DNA from: a bacterium
Lineage (GTDB): Bacteria > UBA8248
Direction: 5' to 3'
Assembly (NCBI GenBank): GCA_965213685.1
Contig: CBDBZY010000064.1
Coordinates: 480,001 to 544,000, forward strand
DNA length: 64,000 nt
The first letter of the stretch is position 1, and each line of letters starts with the position of its first letter. Below are positions 22,921 to 35,083 of the stretch, piece by piece. The translations under genes were made by a program, and so were the position numbers. The notes under the pieces are model-generated. The model was not told where the DNA came from. It searched no databases and worked only from the letters and a program-made list of their open reading frames with translations.

Positions 22921-24900
22921 TTAATAATAATAATAATAATAATAATACTTTTATTGACAACGGAAGCCGGGGTGGCTTATTTGCCATGCAGTGGTACACA
23001 AATGCAATTTAAATGACTTATACACAAAAGCAGATAGTTCACATAGAATGTGCACATTTGTGGATGTTAGCAGATATATGAACTTGTCAGTTGTGCTGAG
23101 CCACTGGAAAGGCGGATAATAAGCATGAACCATTGCAAAAAGTTCCCGACGTAATGTCGAGAATCTGGGACACACACAAATGAAGTGTATCTCATCTTCC
23201 ACCATCTGGCATCTCCGACACAGCCGAAGGGGTACAGGAGTAGGTGTTGGCTTATGATACCTGCCGACTTCAATTTCAAGGCGATGGCAGCTTAGTCTTA
23301 ATCGAGTGAGGGCCACTCTATGCTTTACATTTGCCACGATAGATAAATATGGTTCCTGCTCAAACTTTCTTTTAAAAAGTTGATAGGTTCTTAACTTATT
23401 TCTACCACTTCCTCTTGTACTAGTTGTTCTATGGAGCTTCTGATACCAGGATTGGATGTACTGGTCTCAGTAACGTAGCATTATTAAGTTGGTTAACTCT
23501 TTGTCACAGCCATTATATGTAAAGGCAGAAGCAAAACCTGCCCCCTCAAATATTGCTTGCACCTTGGTTAGCCAACATTGTTTGCCTTTTTCAAGCAAGT
23601 GCTTTAGATGAAGAATTGCATGTCTGAGTAGTACTGGAGCATCCTCTGAGCAGAGTCTGTTCCAGTATCTCAAAATCCTCTCTTTCCATAACAGATGGAT
23701 AGGTAGTTCACCAAGTTCACCTCGAATAGCTGCTGTAGTTGCATTAGGTGGGAGGTAAAGAACAAACTTAAGGTAGTGGTCTTCAACTCTCTCCAAATCT
23801 TGCCCTCATGAAACCCCCATAACTCACAACCATAAAATAGAATGGGTACAATCATTACATCATAAAATGTTAAGGCCACTGGGACTGGAGGGTAGAGCAG
23901 CTTGGAGAGTGCTGATTTAAGGGAAAAAACTGCCTTTTTTCCTTGATTACTAAGATGTCTTTTAGCTGTCCTGAATTCCCCATTTGATGTTACCCACACT
24001 CCCAGATACTTGTATGCACTCACTCTCTCCAGTGGGATACCTTCCCAGAAGAATGGCAATTTATCATGATTGTTACCAAATATGCAAATCTTAGTTTTCT
24101 CAGTATTGATTATTAGGTTCCACTTGTGACAGAATGTTTGCAGGGAGCTCAGGTGTTTTCTCAAACCATTTGCACTTGGAGACAATAGCAAAACATCATC
24201 TGCAAACATTAATATACTTAAAAACATATCATTTAATTGAGCTCCATCATGGTTGCCCAAAATGTCTGACTCCAGATCACTTATGAATAGGCTGAAGAGT
24301 AGTGGGCTAAGGTTGCATCCTTGTCTCACACCTTTCTGACTTGGAAATGGCTCTGTACTCTCACACCTGGACACTCTGACTCTCGATACAGCCTGGAGAT
24401 ACATTGATTTGATTACGTTAAGGCACTGCTGACTTATTCCTAATGCAACCAGTTTATTCCATAATAAATTGTGATTCACATTATCAAAAGCTTTACTGAA
24501 ATCCACAAAACAGGCAAAGAGAGCTCTCTTTTGCAACTTTGCACTTTGAATGAGACTGTTAAGGATGAACAAACAATCTGGTGTTCTCCGATTCTTCCGA
24601 AATCCAAATTGTGTTTCAGGTAGTAGCTATAGACCTCTCATTTCAGCCCAGTCATTAAGTCTGTTGAATAGCACAGTAGTGAAGAGCTTTCCAATACAGT
24701 TGAGTAGTGTTATTCCTCTATAATTATTAGGGTCCCATTTGCCACCTGCCTTGTGAATAGGGCATATAACTCCAGTAGACCAAGAAGCAGGATATTCACC
24801 AGTTCGCAAAACCTGATTTAACAGGATGGTAATTAGTCGTTCATTTAAGGCTTTGTATACATCTGGTGGGATTCCATCATCACCTGGAGATTTTCCTGAT
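22921..24900 (-). mobile_element. 5'-truncated, frameshifted non-LTR retrotransposon (RTE-X-like)
   Basis: RT motifs NYRGITLL, DFSKAFD, GVRQGCNLSP, FADD; C-terminal CxxC...H...C; (TTA)n tail. Absent from the duplicate locus at about 29900. Confidence 0.88.
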
Positions 24901-25650
24901 TAATGATACTCATAATTCAGTTGTTGTTCATTATTGTAACAGTAGTTCACAAAAGTTGCTAATACTCAAGCATTCTTCTGTAAGTACTAACTAATGTAGT
25001 AAATTGCTGAGAAAGCCTCTTCCCTTCCACATGCATGCACAATGCAGAGGGGTAGCAGGCACTAAAAATGTGGGGGGGCAAAAACTAAAGACCACATTTT
25101 CTTGTATTGCGTATCAATGGTGAAAGCATAATTTAGTACGCACGCTATACATTTATTGAAATAAATAGTGTCATCTGCCTATGCAGAGGCATTGCTAATA
25201 GCAAGAAATTGTTGGCAATAAAAAGTGGGGGGGGCAGCTACCCCCTCATGTGCCAGATGCAGCATGCATTGGCAAAATTCGTTGACCTTTAAAACATATT
25301 TTTCAGTAGCAAATACAACTCCAGAGTCCAAACACAGCACAGCTACTGTCCTATAGTGGCCTATAAAATATGCAGATACCTTACAAGAAAAGAGTTCCAA
25401 TGTATGTAGTTGGATACTATAATACTATATGTAATCGGCTAGTGACTGTCTCTACATAGGGATTCCTTACTACTGTATACTGTCATTTCCACGTCATCAA
25501 CACCTGTACAAATGGTAAATACATTCAGGAACTTTTGATGCTACCACGTAACAGGTATATATACCATACAATTATACTTTACGTCGCTATATTATTTTGC
25601 ATTCTATTTGACTGTAGAATGTGAATACATCAGTATACGTACCGTTGCAC

Positions 25651-26346
25651 TTAACGGCAGCGAGGAAGATGAACCCGAACACACACATCAGTGGGAAAGG
25701 CCTGCACGTAGACATCCACAGCTACGTTTCCCTTAGGTACTGGAACTGTGATTGGGACTTTAAGTGCCAGAGGACTGACTCGAGAACAGTCATTTGCAAT
25801 GGGCCTGTAGCACAGATTACCATTTCCTGTGGAGGGAAAGATTTAAGTTGTCAGCTCGCGAGTTGTTCAGTTGTAATGCCTTAACGCATGTATGCATATA
25901 GTAAGCCTAGAAAATCATACGATGTGCTACGTAAAACACTCACGGTCACAGACTCGGACATCCACAGTCACCCTTGCACCGAGGCTGATACCCAGGAAAT
26001 TAGTACCGCCAACATCCACCTTTACCCATCCACATTGGTTAGGCGTCACAGAGCAAACGTCCACGTTGACGAATGGAACATTCACGGGCACGCGGTCTCC
26101 CATACACTGTTGCTGCTGTACCTCCACCAACTCCCGAGGGTACTGCGGGTAATACATGGGCGAACGTGCCTCTGCGTCTTGAGCTCTCACAGACGCGAAC
26201 GGCTGGTAATACATAGGCGGCCGGTAATTAGAAGGAGCCCCAGCGTCATCAGCCATGGCTTCCTCAGTGTAAAGGGAACGAGCAGAGGCCGTGCACATGA
26301 GCCCCAACACGAGAATGGCTGACAGCGCGAGTCCAGCTGGATACAT
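25651..26346 (-). CDS. Secreted Cys-rich beta-strand protein, copy 1 (2 exons, 192 aa), unknown family
   Basis: Exon 1 26346-25944 (donor GAC C|GTGAGT); exon 2 25826-25651 (acceptor ccctccacag|) ending VRVHLPRCR*. Signal peptide MYPAGLALSAILVLGLMCTASA; 8 Cys in the C-terminal domain; TATAAA at 26491-26496 on the minus strand. Confidence 0.82.
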
Positions 26347-27579
26347 GGTGCGTGGTCGTAACTGCTGAATGAGTGCGATAGTCTTCAAGTTGTCGACAGA
26401 GTATCGTGGAAACGGCTCTCCTTTGTCCTCCTTGTGCTGTGAGATTTAGTTGTTGTCGCTGCCGATGACTCCAGGCTGAGCGGTGGCCCTTTTATACTCG
26501 TTCTTCCCCCCCGAGCTCAGAGGCCTCCCCCTCATTCCAGGAGCACTCCTGTTTCAGGAGTGCTCCTAGAAAGGGGGGGGGGCATGTCCGAATGAATGCT
26601 CCCAAACCCACGTAGGACCTAATTCGTTGGAATTGCCGCAAACGTACAGTGTAAATGCAACCTTCGTGGAATAGCTTTATCTGCATACCGAGAGGGTTTT
26701 GCTCATGAGTAACAAGTTCCCTGAATTTTAAACAAAAGGTTACCAACGGCCGGCATTAATTTACGTGTTGTACCAGGTTACAGAATTGTGCACGAACTGC
26801 AATATCAATGGCAACTGTCGCTACCGTTTGTTTATGCCCTCAATTTTATGCGCATTTACGAGGTGCGTTTGCGGGAATTTCAACGATTTAGCCAGGACTG
26901 GCCAGGGCAAATGGATATGCTGTGAGCAGTACGTTTTAGCAATGGGTGATATCCCATCTGGACCACTTGCTGTGTTGTTACTGCCGATGACTCCGCGCTG
27001 AGCAGTTGCCTCTCGTTCTTCCCACGGAGCACAGAGGCCTCCTCCTCCTTCCAAGAGCATCCGTTTCTGACAAAACTCACTCCGCAGATAAGGATGTTCC
27101 ACGAACCATGGAATTAAGGGACACATTTGAGGCTATTACAACGATTTAGGTTAAAGACATTGCTAGTACTAGCTAGTGCATGCATATTGGTCATTCTCAT
27201 AATTATTACGAGTCGTAAATATCCTGAATGTAAAAAAGAAAACAAAGGCCGGCCGTATTCTGGGTATTGTGTCAGGTTCCAAGATTGCATGTGCAGGGTT
27301 GCAATATCAATGGCATGCAGTTCCCACTACTGTTAGTTTATGCTCTAAATTGTATGCATGCTTACCGAGTGTTATAATACACTGACTGTCGGTCGTATGA
27401 AGAGTAGGGACAGGTGGCACAACTTCAGTTTGCCTTTTGGGGAACAGCTAGATGATAGCATACATTCCATTTTGATATAGGCCTAGTACCAGCACCAGTG
27501 TAGTCGTTGGCTGCTAATGCTATCACATGCTTGATAAGAAGTCTGACACAAAATGTGTCATTAGTTCGACGAGGATTGT

Positions 27580-27859
27580 CAGGGTTCTATGTAGAAAATT
27601 ACTTTTGAGGGGGAAGCGTCTTGCAGTGCAATGAAAACAATAGCTTACTACAGAAGTACACATTGTGTAGGGGGTCTGGGGGAGTATCCCCCAAGAAATA
27701 TTCTGATTTTGAGGTGTCTTTAAGTCATTTGATGCGATTTAGACCAAAAATCTCTTGGATGCCATGATCAGTGGCCAACTTTTGCGGGGGGAAGCTTGGG
27801 AGTTTGGGGGAGAAGCTTCCCCCCTGCCCCGCCTCCCCCCCCCAGTGGATAGAACCCTG
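27580..27859. mobile_element. MITE with 5-bp TSD (hAT5-like)
   Basis: TIR cagggttcta/tagaaccctg; TSD attgt. Confidence 0.8.
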
Positions 27860-28544
27860 ATTGTTCTCTTTTCTATCACGCTTGCATGCATGACGGTTGT
27901 CTTCCACGCTAGCACGTATGTACATGTACGTGTCACATTATCGTGACCGTTAATTCGTGACATTTTCGTGTCCTCTGAGGAATAAAACACTCTTCTCTTA
28001 ACTTGTAAGTGGTGTGTTTGCTTTGCGAAGTACATATTACAGATTGGCACACCAGTTACACTTGGTAATAGCTGACTTCGATTGTGATAATTATGTCATA
28101 AGTCATAATGCGTTCGAAATTTGTGTGGGTGCTGTCTGCATCGCGGTACGTTGGGGCAGTAACTTCCTCCACTGCTCTCAAGTTACTATGTTTCGTGTAA
28201 TTCCCAGGACAGCTGATAGAATCTAAACAAGATTAAGGGCACCTTTCTCTGGTATCAATGGAATGCGTGCTTACCAAGTATTTCACTCGCACTGTCGGTC
28301 CCACGAATAGCTATTCACATTTCGCGTGCTTCAGAGAAAGCCGTGGACAGCTGTCACAACTTCAGTATACTTCCTGAAATCTTGTAGGAACAGATAATCT
28401 CATGCACACCATTCCATTTTCCTACTAGTGGACTCTCCCGGAATTCAAAGTGAGGCCTTAGCACAAGAAGACAAGTGTCATGTCCGCTGAGTTAATTGCT
28501 CCTGTGGCCAGTACTCAGGCAGTAGAACCCAGTTGGACCATAAA

Positions 28545-28733
28545 TACTATATTACCCACGTATCTGTGGTTGGACATACCTCATGATACTGTCTCAGCCA
28601 GTAATATACATACTTTTAAGTTACTTATATCTCCCTTATTTTCTTAATGTATTCATTTCTTTGGTTGCACTTGTATATTAGCTTACAGCTATTAGTGCTG
28701 CCTTGCCATGTGCAGAAAGTTATTATAAAAAAA
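28545..28733 (+). mobile_element. Short LINE 3'-end remnant
   Basis: tattagcttacagctatt is shared with the 3' end of the LINE at about 5531; ends in an A-tail. Confidence 0.5.
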
Positions 28734-30013
28734 GTACGTCTTGCCGTGCAAGATCGTACCACAAGTTTAACTTAGAACTATCTTCAGCCGTGTTACATCA
28801 TACGTCATAACGCGTTTAGCCCTCCTGCTAATATTTGTGGGGGTATAATTTCCGATCGCTCTCAGGGTACAGTATACCTGCCTAACTCCCAGGATCTGCT
28901 GATAGTCCTTAAAAAAGAGAGCACCTGATTCCCAGGTACTGACTCCTCGCCACAACAACACAGATTGAGAAGGACGAGCCAACATCGCACTCCGTATACT
29001 GATCCGTATACTTAGAATATGTTAGCACAGAGAAGTGATGGGACACCGCCCTTATCCAACACAGTTGGCACCCCACGGCAATATTGCAGGGTCGAATTCT
29101 AGCCACGCTATGATGTATCCACTGGCATTATGCACCTGCAAAATGCTAGGCCAAGCTGCCAGCCAGGTTGGAAACTCTCCTAGCAAAACTATATGTCGCT
29201 GCGGCGACGGAAAGTTTCAGATTCTTTAATACTTCACAAGCATGCGCCATTATAGCAGCAAGGCAAAACAAGAACGGGCAGCGAAAAACTACTCAGCAAT
29301 GAAGAGGGGAGTAGCAGGCTCTATAAGAGGAAAGAGGAAGCGGGGGTGGGGAGTTCAGGAGACGACTAGGGAGGCCTATCATGAATATATTGTTCCCCAC
29401 AGTAACAACTTACTCTGTGAATACCCTGCGACTGCGTGGATTGTTGTATCGTACCAGCTATCTAGGCTGGGTAAAGAGATTGGCTAGGTCCGTATTGATC
29501 CATTTCAGGTGTTATATGGGTGAAGTATACGGCAGTACTTCGTCGTCATTCCGTTGTCGTAATAATCGTACCTGGGAATCAGATCCACTCTTAATTGAAT
29601 TACAAACTTCATAGTATCGTTTTATCTGTAGAGCAAGTTTTGCTCAGAAATAGGGGTGCTCCTGGAACGAGGAGGAGGTCTCTGCGCTCCGCGCGTATAT
29701 AGTTCCTGACAAGTAACGTGATCAGCAGAGATTACAATTCTTGTAACCTGATCTGCTTGAATGCGGAGTGCCAGACTTTACATAAGCAGGCATAATAATA
29801 ATGTTAATGAATGTGAAGCAGTGTAATAGCTGACCCACCCAAGAACCGTTGCTGTCAAAGATTCCCACTTTCAATCTTCCAATTGTTCAAAAAAAATTTT
29901 AAATGATACTCATAATTCAGTTGTTGTTCATTATTGTAACAGTAGTTCACAACAGGGCACTATCAAATGTAGTAAATTGCTGAGAAAGCCTCTTCTCTTC
30001 CACATGCACAATG

Positions 30014-30238
30014 CAGAGGGGTAGCAGGCACTAGAAATGTGGGGGGGCAAACACCGAGAAAATTAAAGACCATTTTTTCTTGTATTGCGTATCAATGGTG
30101 ATAAATATTTAGTACACACACTATACATTAGATAGTGTCATCTGTCTATGCAGAGGCATTGCTGATACCAAGAAGTTGTTGGCAATAAAAAGTGTGGGGG
30201 CAACTGCCCCCCCTGCCCCCTCTTTTCCTACCCCTCTG
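30014..30238. mobile_element. MITE with 5-bp TSD (hAT5-like)
   Basis: TIR cagaggggtag/ctacccctctg; TSD caatg; damaged counterpart at 25045-25250. Confidence 0.8.
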
Positions 30239-30658
30239 CAATGGGAACACAAATCCCGATCCTGCAGCATGCATTGGCAAAATTCTTAATGGTTGACCAT
30301 TAAAACATTTTTTTTCAGTAGCAAATACAACTCCAAACACAACACAGCTACTGTCCTATAGTGGCGTATAAAATATACAGATACCTTACAAAAAACGAGT
30401 TCCAATGTATATGTAGTTGGATACTATAATACTATGTAATGCTAGTGACTGTCTCTACATAGGGATTCCTTACTACTGTATACTGTCCACTATTGTAATT
30501 TCCACGTCATCAACACCTGTACAAATGGTAAATACATTCAGGAACTTTTGATGCTACCACGTAACAGGTATATATATCATAGAATTAACTATACGTCGCT
30601 ATATTATTTTGCATTCTATTTGTAGAATGTGAATACATCAGTATACGTACCGTTGCAC

Positions 30659-31401
30659 TTAACGGCAGCGAGGAAGATGAACCCGAACGCAAACATCAGT
30701 GGTGGGAAAGGCCTGCACGTAGACATCCACAGCTACGTTTCCCTTAGGTACTGGAACTGTGATTGGGACTTTAAGTGCCAGAGGACTGACTCGAGAACAG
30801 TCATTTGCGATGGGTGTGTAGCACAGATTACCATTTCCTGTGGAGGGAAAGATTTAAGTTGTTCAGTTGAAATGCCTTAACGCATGCATGCATATAGTAA
30901 GCCTATAGAAAATCATACGATGTGCTACGTAAAACACTCACGGTCACAGACTCGGACATCCACAGTCACCCTTGCACCGAGGCTGATACCCAGGAAATTA
31001 GTACCGCCAACATCCACCTTTACCCATCCGCATTGGTTAGGCGTCACAGAGCAAACGTCCACTTTGACGAATGGAACATTCACGGGCACGTGGGTTCCCA
31101 TACACTGTTGCTGCTGTACCTCCACCAACTCCCGAGGGTACTGCGGGTAATACATGGGCGAACGTGCCTCTGCGTCTTGAGCTCTAACCTGCTCCACAGA
31201 CGCGAACGGCTGGTAATACATGGGCGAACGTGCCTCTGCGTCTTGAGCTCTAAACTGCTCCACAGACGCGAACGGCTGGTAATTAGAAGGAGCCCCAGCA
31301 TCATCAGCCATGGCCTCCTCAGTGTAAAGGGAGCGAGCAGAGGCCGTGCACATTAGCCCCAACACGAGAAGGGCTGACAGCGCGAGTCCAGCTGGATACA
31401 T
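30659..31401 (-). CDS. Secreted Cys-rich beta-strand protein, copy 2 (2 exons, 212 aa)
   Basis: Exon 1 31401-30942 and exon 2 30837-30659, with the same splice sites as copy 1. Two 22-aa propeptide repeats YQPFASVEQ(F/V)RAQDAEARSPMY. Confidence 0.82.
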
Positions 31402-32160
31402 GGTGCGTGGTCGTAGCTGCTGAATGAGTGCGATAGTCTTCAAGTTGTCGACAGAGTATCGTGGAAACGGCTCTCCTTTGTCCTCCTTGTGCTGTGAGAT
31501 TTATTCGTTGTCGCTGCCGATGACTCCAGGCTGAGCGGTGGCTTTTTATACTCGTTCTCCCCCCGAACTCAGAGGTCTCCCCCTCATTTCCGGAGCACCC
31601 CTGTTTCTGACCAAAACCCTCTCGGTATGCAGATAACGCTATTCCACGAAGGTTACATTTACAAGGTACGTTTGCGGCAATTTCAACGAATTAGGTCTTA
31701 CGCTGGTTTGGGGGCACATGAGTAACAAGTTCCCTGAATTTTAAACAAAAGGTTACCAACGGCCGGCATCAATTTACGTGTTGTGCCAGGTTACGGAATT
31801 GCATGTGCACGGACTGCAGTATCTGTCGCTACCGTTAGTTTATGCCCTCAATTTTATGCGCTTTACAAGTACCGTTTTCCATAACATTTTTGCAACAAAA
31901 CAGTGCAAAGGACACATAATATAGCCAATCAGGGTATGCACCCTTTATTACTTTACACAGAGCAAAGTGTTTATAAAAAACGGAGCTTCAATATATTGTT
32001 TAAAATATGAAATGGAGGATAACGAGTGAGTATCCAAAGTAAGATTATTCCAAGGAGGAATTACACTTGGAAGCAAGTTATGACATATTATGTTCTAGTA
32101 TATGGGCAAATGATACAAGTATATATAATTATCAAAAAATAGTTTCTGTTACTGGTACTA

Positions 32161-32726
32161 CACTGCAAAATCTTCATGTTTTAACCAATAAGAACACAGA
32201 GGTATGAACAATGTGTAAGCTGTGTATAGGATATTCCCAAAGAAATATGATCAAGGGATTGAGTGGTAGAGTGAATGACAATCAATTAGTCTACACAGCA
32301 AAGAAGGGATGGCTATTTCAACCTGAGTATGGTTATCTCAGTTACAAGTACTTGAGCTCAATTCTACCAATATGTTCACACTGTTCTCAGTTGCATATTA
32401 TCATATCTGCTATACTCTATGGAATGTGTAAGGTGTCTCCAAAGTAATGGGTGTCGCGACATGTACTTAAAGTGTGACGGGTTGGAACATGCATGCCTTT
32501 CATGATCAATGCTGTGGTCATGGATGATCAGTGTTTAAACTTACTCATGCCCAGTGACCTAGTGAACTACCTCTTCCTCTACTGCTCAATGACCTGTATT
32601 ATTGGAGGATATCCTACTCATTCCACACATATTACACATCCAATCAGTGCCAGATGTTGAAGGCATAAACCTGCAACTGAGACAACCATACTTATGGGTT
32701 AAACTAACCATAAAATTTTTACAGTG
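32161..32726. mobile_element. Non-autonomous TIR element with CACTG termini (EnSpm/CACTA-like)
   Basis: cactgcaaaa...ttttacagtg termini; related pieces at 35084-36346, 47387-47835 and about 60210. Confidence 0.55.
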
Positions 32727-33471
32727 TGGATAAGTTATGTAGATATGAGCTTGACCCTCACATAGTCACATTGGCACATAGCTGCTTGACAGACAGACAA
32801 CAGCATGTGCATGGAGTGAGTATGCATGATTGAACAGTCTCTGGCATTTATACAGCATCATTCTAAGGAACATTATGATGTGTGCACTGTGTGCCTGTAG
32901 TGCCTATACTCAGGTTTCAGGAAGCATATCATATGTCCAACAGAATCCATAAGATTAATGACTCATTCATGGATGTTCTCTGAAAGATACCATGTAATAA
33001 CTGTGCCAACATTCCTCTATCTCAATAGCAAACCGTAGTATGTAATCAGTACATTTCTACCTCCGAGATAAGGACAACCCCTAACCTCGGGACAACAGAC
33101 AAGCTTCACACCCTGTGAAGACCAGTGGTCGTACAAAATTACCTATGTGAATGGACAAGTGGAAGCTCCACTTGAGGAGGACAGGGTAGAGTCAAAGGCC
33201 TTTTGAAGGTCATAGAAACACACAACATTGTACATTTTTCATTGTACATTTTTTCATTCTTCTAGGAGTACCCTCAAGGGTAGAAAAGACGGCCTCTGCT
33301 CTTCTCCAGTATGCTGTCTGGTTGAGGTGAGGTATGTCTCTCTCAGCCAGGTGACTTAGAAGACAAGCTAAAACTAAGGATTCCAACACTTTGACAACAG
33401 CATGTGCATGGAGTGAGTATGCATGATTGAACAGTCTCTGTTTTAGGCCCCCATGCAAATATATATGTGGA

Positions 33472-34628
33472 AAGTATGAAAAACATTTTCAAAAAATGTA
33501 TAGGGATGTAGGGATGGCCATGCCAAAAACTACAGAAACTAGGTGTAGGGATGGCAGTGTGCAGGCAAGACATGTTATACAAAGACTACACAACTAACCC
33601 CATCCCTACATCTTTTTTTATATCTGAAATCATTCTGTGAGTTATGCTACAAGATTACTGGGAAGAGCAATTTTTGAGCCAAAAAAAAAAGATGTAGGGA
33701 TGGGGTTAGTTGTGTAGTCTTTGTATAACATGTCTTGCCTGCACACTGCCATCCCTACACCTAGTTTCTGTAGTTTTTGGCACGGCCATCCCTACATCCC
33801 TATACATTTTTTGAAAATGTTTTTCATACTTGTTTGCATTTCTTTTTTTGCACAAGGGTATGTATTGTTCTTGCCACTGAAGCTTCTTTCAGAGTCCAGC
33901 AAACAAATCAGTGGTCATAACAGCCATTGCTAAGGCGGGTAGGGGTAGGGAGGGGCTTGAACACGGTCATTTCTGACTGAGTTGGGGGCTGAGTCCCTCT
34001 ACAAATTCTTGAGCTAGAGTAGCTACATATGTACCTCACTGTATCTAACTGGCCAACTCATCCCCGCTACATAATAGTATAGTGAAGTAAGACGCTGCTC
34101 GAACGCGCCATCAGATATGAGCAGCCTTTGCTACGTCTCGCGAACCTATAATTAATAGGCGTGGCTTCGCGAGGCCCGCCCTCACGTGCTTACCGTTTGC
34201 GCCACGTGACAGTAACTATTACAAAATGGTTGGGAAGTTGTCGGGGACGTCTAGTTTCTGCCCATTTGGGAACGTACTAAGAGTTTTATTAGCGCAGATC
34301 GTACTTGGTAGTGATTACAGTGGATCCGTGAAAGAACTACGGTGATTACTTCAGCCAGTTTTGAGATACGTTAGTCTAAAGAAATCTCTGAAGAAGAATA
34401 GGAAGAAAGACAAAACGACCTTTGGAGAGTTTTCTGGTAGTAAGTCAAGGGATGCATTTTAGCTACTTGGGGGGTATTGTTGGGTAGAGATCCACTGGAA
34501 TAGAATAGCTAGGAGCCCAGAAAGGCTTAGAACGCGAGCGTTCGCGAGTTAAGAAGGCTTTCCTATGTACACGCACTATGGGCGTGTCGGCGCCATCCCT
34601 ACATAGAGAGTCTACCGACTCTCTGATA
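33472..34628 (+). mobile_element. Hairpin-ended dispersed element (HINE/Helentron-like), copy A
   Basis: About 148-bp inverted arms at 33472-33619 and 33684-33830; the other end is gccatccctaca plus the stem-loop agagagtc-tacc-gactctct. Confidence 0.7.
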
Positions 34629-34649
34629 ATGTCCTATAACTCACTGATA

Positions 34650-34900
34650 GTGTATACTCACTCTTTTTGCTGATGACCTGTTGCTATACAAACACATCAA
34701 ATGCAGTGGAGACTACTACCACCTTCAAGATGTTCACAGCATATATGATTGCATGAACATGCCCAAACAATTTCACTTTAAATTATGCTAAGTGTACAAT
34801 TATGCCTGTCACCAGGAGGCACTTCCACAACTTCACTTGAATAATAGGCCAATTGAACAGGTTTATGCATACAAATGTCATCATCAGACCTATCATGAGC
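34650..34900 (+). mobile_element. Degenerate LINE RT fragment
   Basis: ctcactctttttgctgatgacctgttgctatac translates to LTLFADDLLLY. Confidence 0.5.
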
Positions 34901-35083
34901 ATCACACATCATGTTGTACAGGCAATTTTTCAACTACACCAGTAATCAGACTGAACTAAAACTCTATAAAATATTAGTGTGACCTCATCTAGGATAAATG
35001 TCCCAATTCTATACAAAATTGAAGACAATAGTTGAAATTGCTATAAACTGTTTATCGTTTATATCTCCTATTCTCCTTCCTAC

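Larger units (their letters stand above)
22731..26860. repeat. Segmental duplication unit 1 (paralog 29701-31866; inverted degenerate copy about 44900-46400)
   Basis: Co-linear identity starting agttcctgac...atcagcagagattacaattc at both 22731 and 29701. Confidence 0.85.

Noticed and set aside
25621-26322. Plus-strand ORFs conserved between the duplicated units
   Set aside because: Antisense to the secreted-protein exons; signal peptide, TATA and splice sites all support the minus strand
33472-33830. Repeated TGTAGGGATGG motifs as a possible CRISPR array
   Set aside because: Repeats are short, inverted and irregularly spaced; eukaryotic context with no cas genes
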